A stretch of DNA of 64,000 nucleotides from Perna viridis (GCA_037379345.1 CM074516.1:48583626-48647625); one strand, 5' to 3'; positions 1-11,965 are shown, counted from the stretch's first letter. Numbers and translations are program-made. Notes: a model not told the origin generated them from the letters alone.

Positions 1-955
1 GTCTGAATTCCGAGAGTTCTGGAGTGTTCGTGGACTAGTATTATTTTTAATCACTGAGTTATGTTGTAAGGGAATTGTCAATCCCTGGGAGTGATTCTGA
101 GCAAGATCCGAGGTTGAACAAATCACTTTTGTCTCTTTTGATGTTAAACCCTGTGCATGAATTATCTCTGGTTTAATAATAGAAGATGATGAGTAACCAT
201 GGGTAACCATAGAATCAACACCGTTAACATAACCAGTACCACTATACATAGAAGATGACCTCAAGTCAACTGGTTCTAAAGTTCCGTTTAATCTAGATTG
301 AAGTCGGTCACTTCCATAGTCATATGCATACTTCCTGAAATCGTTGTCTAGTCTTGTAATATCCTCACTATAGTGCACTTTTTTGGCAAGTTCTAGCCCA
401 TAACTATCACATCCAAATCCATAGCCATATTTACTAGCTGGTGTCATAAGGTCAGGATACCCATTACTATGGTAACCTAACGTATGCTGGTATTGTCTCC
501 GATGAGAGTCAAGATAATAACCGTTAGCATAACTGTGTTTGTCAGCTTCTGTGAAGCCATATGTATCTGTATTAGGGTAAACAGCACTTGGAAACCCTGT
601 ATAGCCATGAGAACGATACACATCAGTTTCAAGTCCAAAATTATTGGGAGGATAAGGATATAAAATATCTGGCTTAAACTCTCCGCTTTCAAAGTTCCCA
701 TATTGTGGATAATTTCCATTGAAACTATTAAGTCCATTTATAATATCTCTGCATCCAGCTTTCCTTTTTCTCCCCGGAGACTGTAAATAGTCTCTGTTTT
801 GATTTTTGGGTTTCTTTTGTTTCCCATTTTTAATTTTTGTGATCATATCATCATTTGGAAAATCAAAGCCAGAACATATATCTAAATCTAATAACGGATA
901 AGGTAACTTAAACTCATTTCCTCTCTTGTGGAATAAGTCCTGACCTTCATCATCG
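1..955 (-). CDS. AHR: AHR coding exon 10, partial (C-terminal putative transactivation region, runs off the window edge)
   Basis: Acceptor TTGTAG at 957-956. Begins DDEGQDLFHKRGNEFKLPYP (compare vertebrate DEEGTEHLRKR) and stays open for 318 codons to position 1. The ORF track misses it because no stop lies in the window. Confidence 0.95.
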
Positions 956-1291
956 CTACAATAAAACAAAACTCAGTCATATATTTACAATAATTAATAA
1001 ATAATATTAACTTTCTGCAAAATCTTAATACTTCATATTTCTGTGCAAATGTGTGAACAACAATACCACTGATCACCAATCTGACGAATACTTCTTACTA
1101 AAATGTTTGTGCAAAAATTAACAGAGTTATAACACATTGGTTTTAAAAGTGAGAGACCCATAACTTGATAGTAACCCTATTTGTTTGAAATTGATGTCAC
1201 ACTGTAACTGGTGTGTATTGGCACATTTACCTTCATTTTACAAAAACAAAAGATACAAATAACTCTGATAGCCAATATATATACAACTCAC

Positions 1292-1433
1292 GTTAATTGT
1301 CGATGTGTACAGATGACAAAGTCTGGTTTACTGTTTTTATAGATAACTTTACAGCTGGACTGTAACCAGATCCAGCGGAACTCTTTCGTTAACCACCGAT
1401 AGGCTATTAATCCTGAACTTCCTGTCTTAATTA
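1292..1433 (-). CDS. AHR: AHR coding exon 9 (PAS-B/PAC)
   Basis: 142 nt, acceptor TTTTTAG, donor GTGAGT. Translates IKTGSSGLIAYRWLTKEFRWIWLQSSCKVIYKNSKPDFVICTHRQLT. Confidence 0.97.
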
Positions 1434-1594
1434 CTAAAAATAGATACAAAATGATAGGTGGAAAATGTTATTTTGAAATTTCTAAAATGCAAATTAATTA
1501 AATACTCAACAAAGTTTTACAGAACTGTGATCAATGCAACCAAACTTTTTAAAAGCATCCATTATTGTAAAAATGATGATGATATTGACATTGT

Positions 1595-2160
1595 AAAGAC
1601 AACCTCATAGCCTCATGTCTTCACCTACACTAATAGACTGACGGTAAAGGAAAGCTATTGACCATGTGGCAACATCCCATCAGCACCTTTGTATGGAGTT
1701 TTCACAACTCATACATTATGCCAGAACTGGCTGTAACTTCGCAGACTTTTTGTGTGGCACTAGACTTTTATAATTATGCTCCTGGAACAGGGTTATGTTG
1801 CTACAAGACTGAAGTCACCACTACAGAAGTTTTATGGTCATCATCAGAAACTTGTGGATCATTACAGTGTATACATCTGCACTATGAGAACCAATTTGTT
1901 CAATGTGTCAGTTTTCCTTTCCTCTTTTGTCTACCCTGTACTTTCTAGAAAAGCAGAGGACGCTTATCGTACCAGTACACCTGGTACATGCTCCCAGTTT
2001 TTAGTGGAGTCTGAGTTGCTTATTTACTTTTATTGCTTTGTATGTATTGTCTTGGTTATTTTATGTTCTTTGTTGTGTGTGTCTATTTTCCATGTCTGGT
2101 CTTTGTCCCTGGATTACATTCTTCTGATTTCCGCCAGAATCTTGGTTCCCTTTAAAACTA
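1595..2160 (+). mobile_element. Decayed retroelement RT C-terminal fragment plus 3' region, probably Penelope-like
   Basis: Broken translation CGNIPSAPLYGV..SQLIHYART...LLEQGYVATRLKSPLQKFYGHH resembles the SNIPxxPAYGVYISQLIRYAR...QGY...L...KFYGR motif I recall from abundant bivalve Penelope-like elements. Deletions and frameshifts are present. A related 3' segment occurs at ~40560-40697. Confidence 0.65.
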
Positions 2161-2297
2161 CCTGTTTTTTTAAGGTGCTAACCAAAGTAAGGGTGAATAA
2201 TTATGCAGTTTTTTTCTGATTTCTACCTCATTTGTTTCAAGAGATTTATCTTAAAGCAATGTCTACATGTTTAAAATGTAAGTTTTAAATGACTTAC

Positions 2298-2404
2298 ATT
2301 CCTGATGAGCAGCGGAGAAGTAGTTCAGATCGTCTGGGTGTACCAGGTCATATCCAGACTTCGTGGCAAGTTCTCGGTCTGAGAATCCAAACATCATCTT
2401 CCCT
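2298..2404 (-). CDS. AHR: AHR coding exon 8 (PAS-B)
   Basis: 107 nt, acceptor TTTAACAG, donor GTAAGT. Translates GKMMFGFSDRELATKSGYDLVHPDDLNYFSAAHQE. Confidence 0.96.
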
Positions 2405-2436
2405 CTGTTAAATTAAGAAAACCGTCAGGACAATTT

Positions 2437-2597
2437 TAAACAGGACATCTACACTAGTTAAACAGAACATCTACACTAGTTAAACAGGACATCTACACTA
2501 GTTATACAGGACATCTACACTAGTTAAACAGGACATCTACACTAGTTAAACAGGACATCTACACTAGTTAAACAGGACATCTACACTAGTTAAACAG
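2437..2597. repeat. Minisatellite, 22-bp unit TAAACAGGACATCTACACTAGT x7.3
   Basis: Near-perfect tandem copies read directly, ~30 bp from the exon 8 acceptor. Confidence 0.95.
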
Positions 2598-2723
2598 CTG
2601 AGAGATAAATACTCATTCTACACAACCAAAACAATTCTATCAGGAAGTGTTCACAATAGTGCATAATTTATTTCCTTTTACAAAAAAGTTTGACATACAG
2701 GAGAAGTTTCTGTGTGGAGTCTT

Positions 2724-2873
2724 CTGTTTATTTTACAAGGTTTGTAGTCTCAGAGACTTTCTCATTTCATTAGCTGTTTATTTTACAAGGTTTGTAGTCT
2801 CAGAGACTTTCTCATTTCATTAGCTGTTTATTTTACAAGGTTTGTAGTCTCAGAGACTTTCTAATTTCATTAG
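2724..2873. repeat. Tandem repeat, 50-bp unit x3
   Basis: CTGTTTATTTTACAAGGTTTGTAGTCTCAGAGACTTTCTCATTTCATTAG repeated three times. Confidence 0.95.
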
Positions 2874-3516
2874 TTTCATGTACTTTGTTTCATTACAGGT
2901 TGACAAATTAAAAACCTTTAGATTTAAATGTGTAGAACCATGGAGAAAGTGAAAAATGGTAACAAACACTTCAAAAAAAAGAGGAAAGTTGAAGATAATG
3001 TCAGCACATTCAATTCAATATGACATGAAATACTCCTACACCAATAATAATGCTAAGTCATCCATGATAATAATACCAACGCTGAACATCAGAAGGCCAA
3101 GTCATCATTACAACTATAAATCTTCTTTATATGTCAGTAGTATATCAAACAAGGTAACTTCATCTACATCATGAAAACTTAAACTAAGGATGTAAGGTTA
3201 ATTAAAATGACTTTTATCAGTATCAGTTTAAGTAAGGATTAGTTGGTAGTACCGTGGGAAAATAGTAGGAATAAGTTTTATCAATGACCACAAAATAGAC
3301 AGTAAGTGGACTTTACTGGCAAGCCCTGTGAGGAATAATCATTACCAACAGCATAGGTCAGCACAAAATGGAGTGACAGGTTCCCATTGCACATTGAAAA
3401 TGAGGGAGTTAGTAGACATTACTGACAAGTCCTCTACATTGTAAGGGACAATGATTACTAACAGCATAGGTGGGTACAAAGGCTTTTAATGTTTGCATAT
3501 TAAGTAGCTGTCTTTG

Positions 3517-3888
3517 TTAAAAATCATGCAAAATCTGAAAAATGTGATACACCCCAAAAAAGGCTACATATTTTTATTTTTGTAACTAAGTTGTTTTATG
3601 GGTCTATACTATGAAATGTGTAATTATTCATACAAATCTGCCTGCTCTTAGGAGATAATCCACATTGAAAACCCAGTAGATTATAATGTATTTGAGCACC
3701 ATTTATAGAGTTATCTCCCTTAATTTTGAAATTTACAGCGCATTCTATATAATTTTTATCTCCTAAGAGCATGGGTTATATGAAAAACCACATGTTAATT
3801 TCTGTTTACTATGACATTTCAAACAAAATATAAAAAATAAAAAAATATAGGCTTTTTACCCATGAATCACATTTTGCATGATCCTTAG
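3517..3888. mobile_element. MITE-like foldback element (~370 bp)
   Basis: Terminal inverted ATCATGCAAAAT (3523-3534) / ATTTTGCATGAT (3871-3882), with further imperfect inverted similarity. Internal inverted pair GCTCTTAGGAGATAA (~3644-3658) / TTATCTCCTAAGAGC (~3756-3770). TTAA and TTAG flanks. Confidence 0.6.
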
Positions 3889-4380
3889 CTGGAGTGCTAC
3901 TCAAGGTGTGTGAACAAGTCCCTATGATCGGTACAAAATAAATGGCATATTCCCACTGCACAACAAAAAGGGGGAAGGGATAAGTCTTATTTTCTTAGAT
4001 AAAATGTGAATGAACCATTTGTAACTAATACTAGATATGTTTCTACTATTTAATTCAATTAACAAGGATATAAATAATAAATAATATAACTAATAAGGAT
4101 TGTAACATATGTTTAGAACCACCAGTAAAATAATGTCTGTCATATGTTTAGAACCACCAGTAAAAACAAATGTTAAGGACTTAAGGTTTAATTCATGGAA
4201 CAGAAGTAAATACAAATCATATATTGTAATTACAGGACTTTCTACATGAGAAAAATATGGTTTTTGTACAATTTTGGAAATCATATATTTTTATTGGTTT
4301 AAATATGAACAAAAACAAATATTTCCATATTGGCCCTAAACATATGTTTCTATATGTTTTAAAAAATATGAAAAAAAAAA

Positions 4381-5120
4381 TAGAGGCTCAAGAGAGTCTG
4401 AATCGCTCACCTTGTTAACCATTTGCTTATTTGAAAAACTTGAGGAATGAGACAGGGTAAGTTAAAATCAACTAAAATTATTCATAGCATTTTCATGACC
4501 TGAACCAGAATTTTGCTTAAGGCAACAATTTTTGATTTTTTTTCAAAAACCTGTCTTATGACCCCTAAGTTCCATTTTTAGTATAGGCAGCCACATCTAT
4601 TCACGGATTAAAAATCACAACAGTCATTTTGAGCACAATACACTAAAGAACTATCATGCTTATTTTCATTCAATGATCTTAAATGGTTTTAGAGAAGAAG
4701 ATTTTCAAAGTTGTACATGTGAAAAAAAAACAAAAAACAAAAAAAAAACTGTTTCAGGGGCCGTAACTGCTACATTAGTCAATGAATGGTTTTGAAAATT
4801 TCAGCGTACATCCTACTCATGATGCTTAACAATTTTACCCTATCAGAAATTTGCTAAAAGCAATGCTTTTTGAGTTATTTGCAAAAAACTGCAATCTGAC
4901 CCCTATGTTCTATTTTTAGTAACAGCGGCCATGTTTTTTCATGGATCAAAAATCCCAACAATTATTTTGTGCAGAACACCCTAAGGAACAATCATGCCAA
5001 GTTTAAAACCTGTCAGTCCAGTAGTTTCAGAGGAGAAGATTTTTTAAAATTTGTCCACGACGACGACGGACATCAAGTGATGTCATAAGCTCACTTGGCC
5101 TTTGGCCAGGTGAGCTAAAA
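4381..5120 (+). mobile_element. Non-autonomous Helentron/HINE-like element
   Basis: Subterminal GCTCACC (~4406) is inverted relative to GGTGAGC at the far end. Terminal hairpin AGCTCACTTGGCC-TTT-GGCCAGGTGAGCT (5088-5116), short (GAC)n tract before it, two diverged ~150-bp internal repeats (~4559 and ~4897), and A-rich flanks. Confidence 0.7.
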
Positions 5121-8100
5121 AGTTATAATTCTTTCTACGAACCAATTTTATTGGAAACATCTTAAATATTAGAAATCAAATACTGAAATATACATGTGCT
5201 TTGTGTACTTTATGTTATTGAAAAAAATTGAACCTTTTCACAAGATGAATACCAATTCTGTTGAAATTAGAGGCTGTATATCATGATGAAACATATTTCT
5301 GTCACTGGTACAAGTACACAAAGAATTTAATCCCTTCACTGTGCAGCCAAATGTAAAACACTGGAAACAGATTCTCGTCACATGATCTGATAATGTGACA
5401 TGTTTAACAGCCAAGTAGGCTCTTGTCTTACCTCAAACCATAAAACATTTTCACTACATCAAGGTTAAAATATCATTTAAATATCAGATTTCACTCTCTA
5501 TACAATGTAAACCACAAAAATATTGTTAAACGAGATATAAAATTATGTATCCTTGTCAGTTTATACAAAATCATCACAACATCGTTAAAAGAGACATTAA
5601 AAGTTGTATGAGTAATTTTGTTTCAGGTCCTGACTTGGAGTTTTATACAGTAATTGGATCCCCAGATCTTCTGAACAGAGAGAAGATTTTAATTTCACTT
5701 CTCCAGTACAAATCTACAAATTACCCATCACAGCTTCACAGTAATAACAAATAGTTGGCGGGTTGGCCTCAGTTACAACCATTGAAATTATCAACGTAAA
5801 ACAGATAATAAAACTTGTAAGTGGGCAGGCTAAAGTGAACCTCATTCTGTTTTCCTGTTGAAATCGTGTTTCCTATATAACCTTTCTGACAGATCAGTAT
5901 ACAGTGTTGGCGTGCTGGTAGACCATTTGAAACACTAATGGTTAAGTTTATATCTATTGGGGTGCAGCCTATCAATCTCTGAGAATGTTGGAATCTTGCT
6001 AATGAAGTCAAAAACTAAGATTTATGTGTAAATAGATATCTGATCACATATAATGTTAACTGACTTGTTCATGTGTGGAAAGACCCTTACATTATCCTGG
6101 TATATCTAATTAAAGCAAATGACACAAAATGTTCGTCCACAAAATTTGCCTGTTGAACAATTATGTTAATTAAAATGAATTTCAAGGATCAGAGTACCTT
6201 TTTACTGACATGATAATATTGGACTGCAAATTAGACTTGATTTTTAGGATGATTTTAAGATCAATCTGTTTTATTGATAGTAATTTTGAAATATGAATTA
6301 TAAATTTTAACTACTGCAGAAAGAAGATTTGAATCAGCAAATGATTTTATTTCCTTCCTATACCCTACCCACCTAAAAAAATACCAACGCACATAAAAAA
6401 CAGAGAAACATTCAAACAATTGTTCAACTTCCAGCCACTAAAGGTTATCAAGTTTTAATAATGAAACTATCTGTAAAATATTGTATTCAGTGGATTCTAG
6501 GAAAATTGAGTAATATTTAATCTTATATGAAATTAAACCTTATTTGGTCAAAATACCAAAATACAGATGCAAAATGATGTATCATCTATATGGTTAGCCA
6601 ATAGTCTAGATACGGTATTTAAAATGGTATCTTTCTTGACAATTCAAAATTTACACCAAAAAAATGTGACTAATATTATACCCTAGTATAAAAGGCATGT
6701 GTGACATCTTATTTCAGTTCAACTACTTTAATTGACATCAGTTAATAAAAATTGATGTCTCCCCCAAGGTATGGACATTAAATGATATTATGATATTAGT
6801 ATTATGTCATTAAAACTTACTGTTTTGTAATCAATCATATTTAATTATGGTTTTACATTTTTATGCATGTTGAGTTTTACATGAATTTATTACAGTGAAG
6901 TAAGGTTATAGCAAGTACATGGCTTTCAATGTAAACATGTATCTAACCTGGACTTAAAAGTACACAAACCTTGTATGTGACCTTGTTGATGTCAAAACTT
7001 ATGGTATATCAGTTAAGATTGTATCAAGATTTTAAAACAAATTTTTAATTTCAACATTTAAATATATCATATTTTCATATCAGATATTAGCAAAAGGACC
7101 TTTGATATGATTTACACACCTGTGGTGTACACACTGAATGATAAAAACACATATTGTGCTTCTACTGTTTCTATAAATTGTTTATTCTAAACTTATAAAT
7201 GTTTAAATTTGAGAAACTTTATACAGAAAATTAGAACAAATTTTTTCATCTCAGTAAATATAAAATATGTAAATGAATTTAATATGATGGTATTATGATG
7301 AACAATCTGTTTTGAAGAGATTGTCCCAGAACTTTATGTTAAAATACACTTGCATATCCAAAGAAATGACACCATTCAGGACATATATACAGCATGATAC
7401 AAATTCAATCTGTTGTTACTTTAACAATGGAAATGTCAGATTTTGAGTGATATTACTGCAGTTTTTTACCATATGGACTTACAATATGTTATTGGACACT
7501 ATCTGCTGTTTTTTTTTTTTTTTATAGATTTACAAAGATAGCACCAGATTGGGTCATTCAAACTTTTCCTTTTCAATTTTTTTTTCTATTCATGCTCATA
7601 CAGTTTAATAAATTTACACCTATTCTTATATAAATTTAATCTAATGATGTGGTTTTTTTTTGGAAAATATGACAGGAATCAAAAGATTCAAGAGACTTTA
7701 AAGTGTTACACTTTATTACACTGTGGGGAAATAGAGAATTGATACAGTGCAATGGTAACCATGGCTACCAGCATCCTATGTTAGCCAGAAGACCTGAGCA
7801 TTGTTTCACAAAGCACTGAAATGACTTACTTATACACAAATCCTTAACATACCAATTTGACTTACATAAACTTTGTAAAACCATGCCCTGAATTCTAAGT
7901 TGATAAATAAAAGAGTGGGAGAATGGGTGTGAATGCGCAGGAAAATTGGTCTGTTGACTGAAAATTGTCATTTTTGGTAATTTTTTGTCATATTTTGCCA
8001 GTTGTGAGGTTCACCTGGGGCAAGACAGGGTCCAAAAAGCAATTTTCCTAAATCTTGTACTCTTTCATGGTCATTAAAGCAAAATATGGTTTATTACAGT

Positions 8101-8586
8101 CATAAGTGGCAGGTCAGGGTCACCAGAAGTGTCACTCATGTGAAAAAAAGAGGATTTTTTGCAATTTTTTACTACATATAGGTATATAACAGGAAGTGGT
8201 TAGTATAAGAGATTGACACTGTAGGAGAGACATCATTCTCTTATAGGGAAATAAAGGTATATGGATCAATTTTGCTGTGGAAAGAGGCTGAGAAATGAGC
8301 CCTGCTCCTGGCCACTGTTACATATAACCTCTTGTTCAGCTCTCAAGTCTGTATTTTTTATCAAACTCTGTATTAGATAATCTTATTTTAAAGCACATTC
8401 ACTCTGCTTGCAGATGAAATCATATTGTGGTTCCCTAAGCTACAAATAATATTGCCAGGACCCCATAATAAAAAAAACTGCCCAGATCGTATATATATGT
8501 GGTCACTACATGGTATGGGTTAAAATTATTATTAGGGTTTTTTAAATTGTTTAACACACCTTTAAATAGCAAATTTGCCGAGCAGT

Positions 8587-8746
8587 GCTTACCTATTATC
8601 CATTGACATAGGAGAGAAGCTTACCAATTATCCATTGACATAGGAGAGAAGCTTACCTATTATTCATTGACATAGGAGAGAAGCTTACCTATTATTCATT
8701 GACATAGGAGAGAAGCTTACCTATTATCCATTGACATAGGAGAGAA
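8587..8746 (-). repeat. Tandem repeat, 32-bp unit x5, spanning the AHR exon 7/intron 7 boundary
   Basis: Plus-strand unit GCTTACCTATTATCCATTGACATAGGAGAGAA at 8587, 8619, 8651, 8683 and 8715; each unit is the last 26 nt of exon 7 plus GTAAGC. Confidence 0.97.
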
Positions 8747-8911
8747 GTCCATTTTATGCTTAGATTTGAATGTCAGCTCTCTGGACGGGAGATCAAGTAA
8801 GGACAGTGGACCAAATGGACAACATGTGGCAAACAGACCCATCTGTGGTTCCTCAGATTGTCGTGGACCTGAACTGTGAAGTAGTCGAATCCAACCATTG
8901 ATTTCTAATGT
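8721..8911 (-). CDS. AHR: AHR coding exon 7 (end of PAS-A, start of PAS-B)
   Basis: 191 nt, acceptor TTTCATAG, proximal donor AG|GTAAGC at 8720. Translates TLEINGWIRLLHSSGPRQSEEPQMGLFATCCPFGPLSLLDLPSRELTFKSKHKMDFSPMSMDN(R). Confidence 0.95.
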
Positions 8912-9184
8912 CTATGAAAGAGAAAAAGGATGTTATGATTGAACAAGTCTAAATGGTTAAAATCCTGACTGGTTCTTAACTATTCAACCTTTGAAGTTTC
9001 AAATTTTGTCTATTTAACAATGCTGAAGAATGAAAAAAAAAAGACAATTTAAGATATCATTAAATCTTTCAACAACACAAATAAAGACATATAACTGTAT
9101 GGCAATCTGAAGAAAAACCGTGATAAGTGAAAAAAGAGCCTGTACCTTTTCGAATCCTTCAATCCTCACAAAGGTAAAACTTAC

Positions 9185-9258
9185 AATGAATCCTGACGTG
9201 TTATCCAGAAGACATCTGAATCGTACTGTGAAAGACCTGTGTAGGTAATGGTAATTCT
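9185..9258 (-). CDS. AHR: AHR coding exon 6 (PAS-A)
   Basis: 74 nt, acceptor TTCCAG, donor GTAAGT. Translates ENYHYLHRSFTVRFRCLLDNTSGFI. Confidence 0.96.
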
Positions 9259-9668
9259 CTGGAATAGACCATTGGAATCATTACTTCACTACAAATCATA
9301 ACTCTATATTTAAGGACTATTTATTATTTTTGACGGAGTTATTCAATTAAACTGACTTAAGACCTAGTAATACTTTGTAAACTGCAAAGAGATTTAAGAA
9401 CAAGCATTGATTGCCAAGCTTAGTCAAAAGTTATATACAATCCTTATAATCTAATTTTAAATGGATTCCAGTATTTATTATAAATTGATCAAAATATTAC
9501 TGAGTTCAAGATTATCTGTATCCTGGATTGTGAACTAATTGAAGTTAAAGATGTATAAGTAACAAATTAGTTTATACAAAATAACCTACGCTGTCTACAA
9601 AAAAAAACAACAACACAAAAACATACAAATCAACCAATCTAAAGAATTATAGCAATTAACTCATACAA

Positions 9669-9866
9669 CCAATGAGGGTCAGTTATGGCATTTGGACTGA
9701 TGAGGGTCAGTTATGGCATTTGGACCAATGAGGGTCAGTTATGGGGTTTGGACCAATAAGGGTCAGTTATGGGGTTTGGACCAATGAGGGTCAGTTATGG
9801 GATTAAGACCGATGAAGGTCATTTATGGGATTTGGACCAATGAGGGTCAGTTATGGGATCTGGACC
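9669..9866. repeat. Minisatellite, 28-bp unit CCAATGAGGGTCAGTTATGGGGTTTGGA x~7
   Basis: Tandem copies read directly in intron 5. Confidence 0.92.
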
Positions 9867-10007
9867 TCTACAATCTTCAGTTTATAATTCATAAAGCTAG
9901 AGGCAGTGCTTCATAGGTATCATTTGTATGCTGTATGTATCTCATATTTTGTGTCTTAATTTGGAAAAAGAAAACAACTATATTTTCATTTTTAGGTAAC
10001 ATCCTAC

Positions 10008-10143
10008 CTGGCATCATAATCTCATGTAGTGTCATGCTAGATTTTTCCTGAGGCAGAGTTGAGTTCCATGTCAACTGTTTCTTAAATTCTTCCCGGTCTT
10101 CAGAGTGAATTAGTTCCATCACACTTTGATGTATAATATCAGA
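10008..10143 (-). CDS. AHR: AHR coding exon 5 (PAS-A)
   Basis: 136 nt, acceptor TTTCAG, donor CAG|GTAGGA. Translates SDIIHQSVMELIHSEDREEFKKQLTWNSTLPQEKSSMTLHEIMMP. Confidence 0.96.
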
Positions 10144-11633
10144 CTGAAATAAAGAAAAAACAAAGACTTCAACATTCAGCATACAGATAATCAGATTTCT
10201 CTGGTTATAGATAATTATGAATGTATATATTTACTGCAGAATAGAAATGACCCTGGTTAAAACGGGTTCTTCTGATTTATACCGCATGGCTTATTTTTTT
10301 TTTTGCAGTTGCAAATTTTAATGATTTAGAAGTGAAAAAGGAATAAGAAAATTTTAGTGTTTCTTTTTTGGGGCGGATGCTAAGTGGTGCAATAAGTTCT
10401 TAAGGCCCCAAAAAACTATTTTGTGGAATTTTTTAGCAGTTTTAGATAAACATGTACCACTAAGTAAGCGAAACTTAGCACCCCATGGAAATTACTTGTA
10501 ATACTGTATAACATGGTGTTCATGTGGCCAAGTCAATCATTATTCCATATTATACTCCTTACAATATAACAATCTACATACTGTATAAATAGAAGTATAG
10601 AAGATCACACATTTTTTTTTCTGTTGATTTTCATTTCCTACAATCGGTAGTCTACTAGTACCATTATAAACTTCTTCCCAAGTACAAATAAATAACAGTT
10701 TTTTTGAAGTCTCATTTAATTCTAATCACTGGATAAAATGATTCTTTAATTTAAGGTTCAGTTCTGATGTTTAAGTTCATCAAATAATTATAAGTCAGGC
10801 TATGAATGTCACATAACTCTCTAGTTTTATTAAAAAACCTAGAGAACGACCTGCTCGTCTTTCTCAAACGACAATGATGGTGTAATTGTATCCTTGGAGT
10901 TTAATCATGTTGTAGGTCGAAATTATGCCATCTTAAAGTTTGAAGGGTCAATCAATCAGGGAATCATAAAATAAAGCAGAACTACCACCACTAACAGGAG
11001 ATAGCACTAAGGGGAGATAATTAACGTCAGAGACTTAGTAGTAATCCAACTTTACTCAAAACAAAATCCCTCTAATACCTCTAATTAATTACTATGCTTA
11101 ACTTAAAATCAATGAACAACTTTCTGTTTTCTTAAATGATTTCTAGATCTTTAGGAGACAGGAACAAAGAATGAAGATCTCCGCGATGCAACTTCTTTCT
11201 CCGTCAATTATGCTATAAATAGCTTTAAAACAACAGTAATTATTGCATTAAAGTATATTAAGTTCGGCAATTAAGTTGAAATTGACTCTACAATGTATTA
11301 CGTCTCAATCAAGTTATTCAGCAGGCGGAAGCACGGCGACTTGTATTCTCTCCAATACTACCATCAAGGGTACTATTAACAATTTTACGCTCTGAGATCA
11401 CAGAATTAATGGGATTTAGCCTTCAGATGCTTTACACATCTTTTAAGGAAGAAATCAACTTTATGGTCCCTCTGCCTTCATTGCATCATTATAATTTACT
11501 GTCGGTATGGAAAAGACTAAATCAAACACAACATTGTCTCAATGTTCTGCCCATTTGTCGACAGATAGAGTATATATAGTTGTGCCAGGATTTAATCAAC
11601 TATTAGAATTTGTAGGAGTATGTCTCCATTTCT

Positions 11634-11637
<4 letters not shown>

Positions 11638-11670
<33 letters not shown>
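11638..11670. repeat. (TA)n microsatellite
   Basis: About 16 TA dinucleotides. Confidence 0.95.
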
Positions 11671-11672
<2 letters not shown>

Positions 11673-11875
11673 AGTTACATAAGAAAACCTGTTTTCATTT
11701 TAATTGGATTCTAAATCAGGAGATAATAGCTACTGGAAGACACATTACTTCCATGAAATCAAGATATTACTTAAATCAGATTTTTTTGTGTAGTTATGGG
11801 GATAATCAGCGATGTACTTTAGTAAGAGGGCACAACATATTTAGGACTTTTTTTTATAAGAGTTGTTCCCCTTAC

Positions 11876-11965
11876 CTGATGGAAACCTAGGTACTGTTCA
11901 ACTGTTCTGGCAGCAAAGAAAACTTCACCATCACACGTTACAACAAAAAGGAATCCATATAATGC
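11876..11965 (-). CDS. AHR: AHR coding exon 4 (PAS-A)
   Basis: 90 nt, acceptor TTTCCAG, donor CAG|GTAAGG. Translates ALYGFLFVVTCDGEVFFAARTVEQYLGFHQ. Confidence 0.97.

Noticed and set aside
477-737. 86-aa minus-strand ORF in the track
   Set aside because: Alternative frame inside AHR exon 10; the real frame is open from 955 to 1.
1776-2219. 147-aa plus-strand ORF with hydrophobic tail, as a nested gene
   Set aside because: Fragment of a decayed retroelement RT running into its T-rich 3' region.
7885-8560. Possible DNA transposon relic in intron 7
   Set aside because: Composition is suggestive, but I could not identify terminal repeats or coding remnants.
9669-9866. Repeated GGGTCA half-site plus CCAAT in the intron 5 minisatellite as a nuclear-receptor element
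   Set aside because: Single half-sites 28 bp apart do not fit standard response-element spacing; likely chance.
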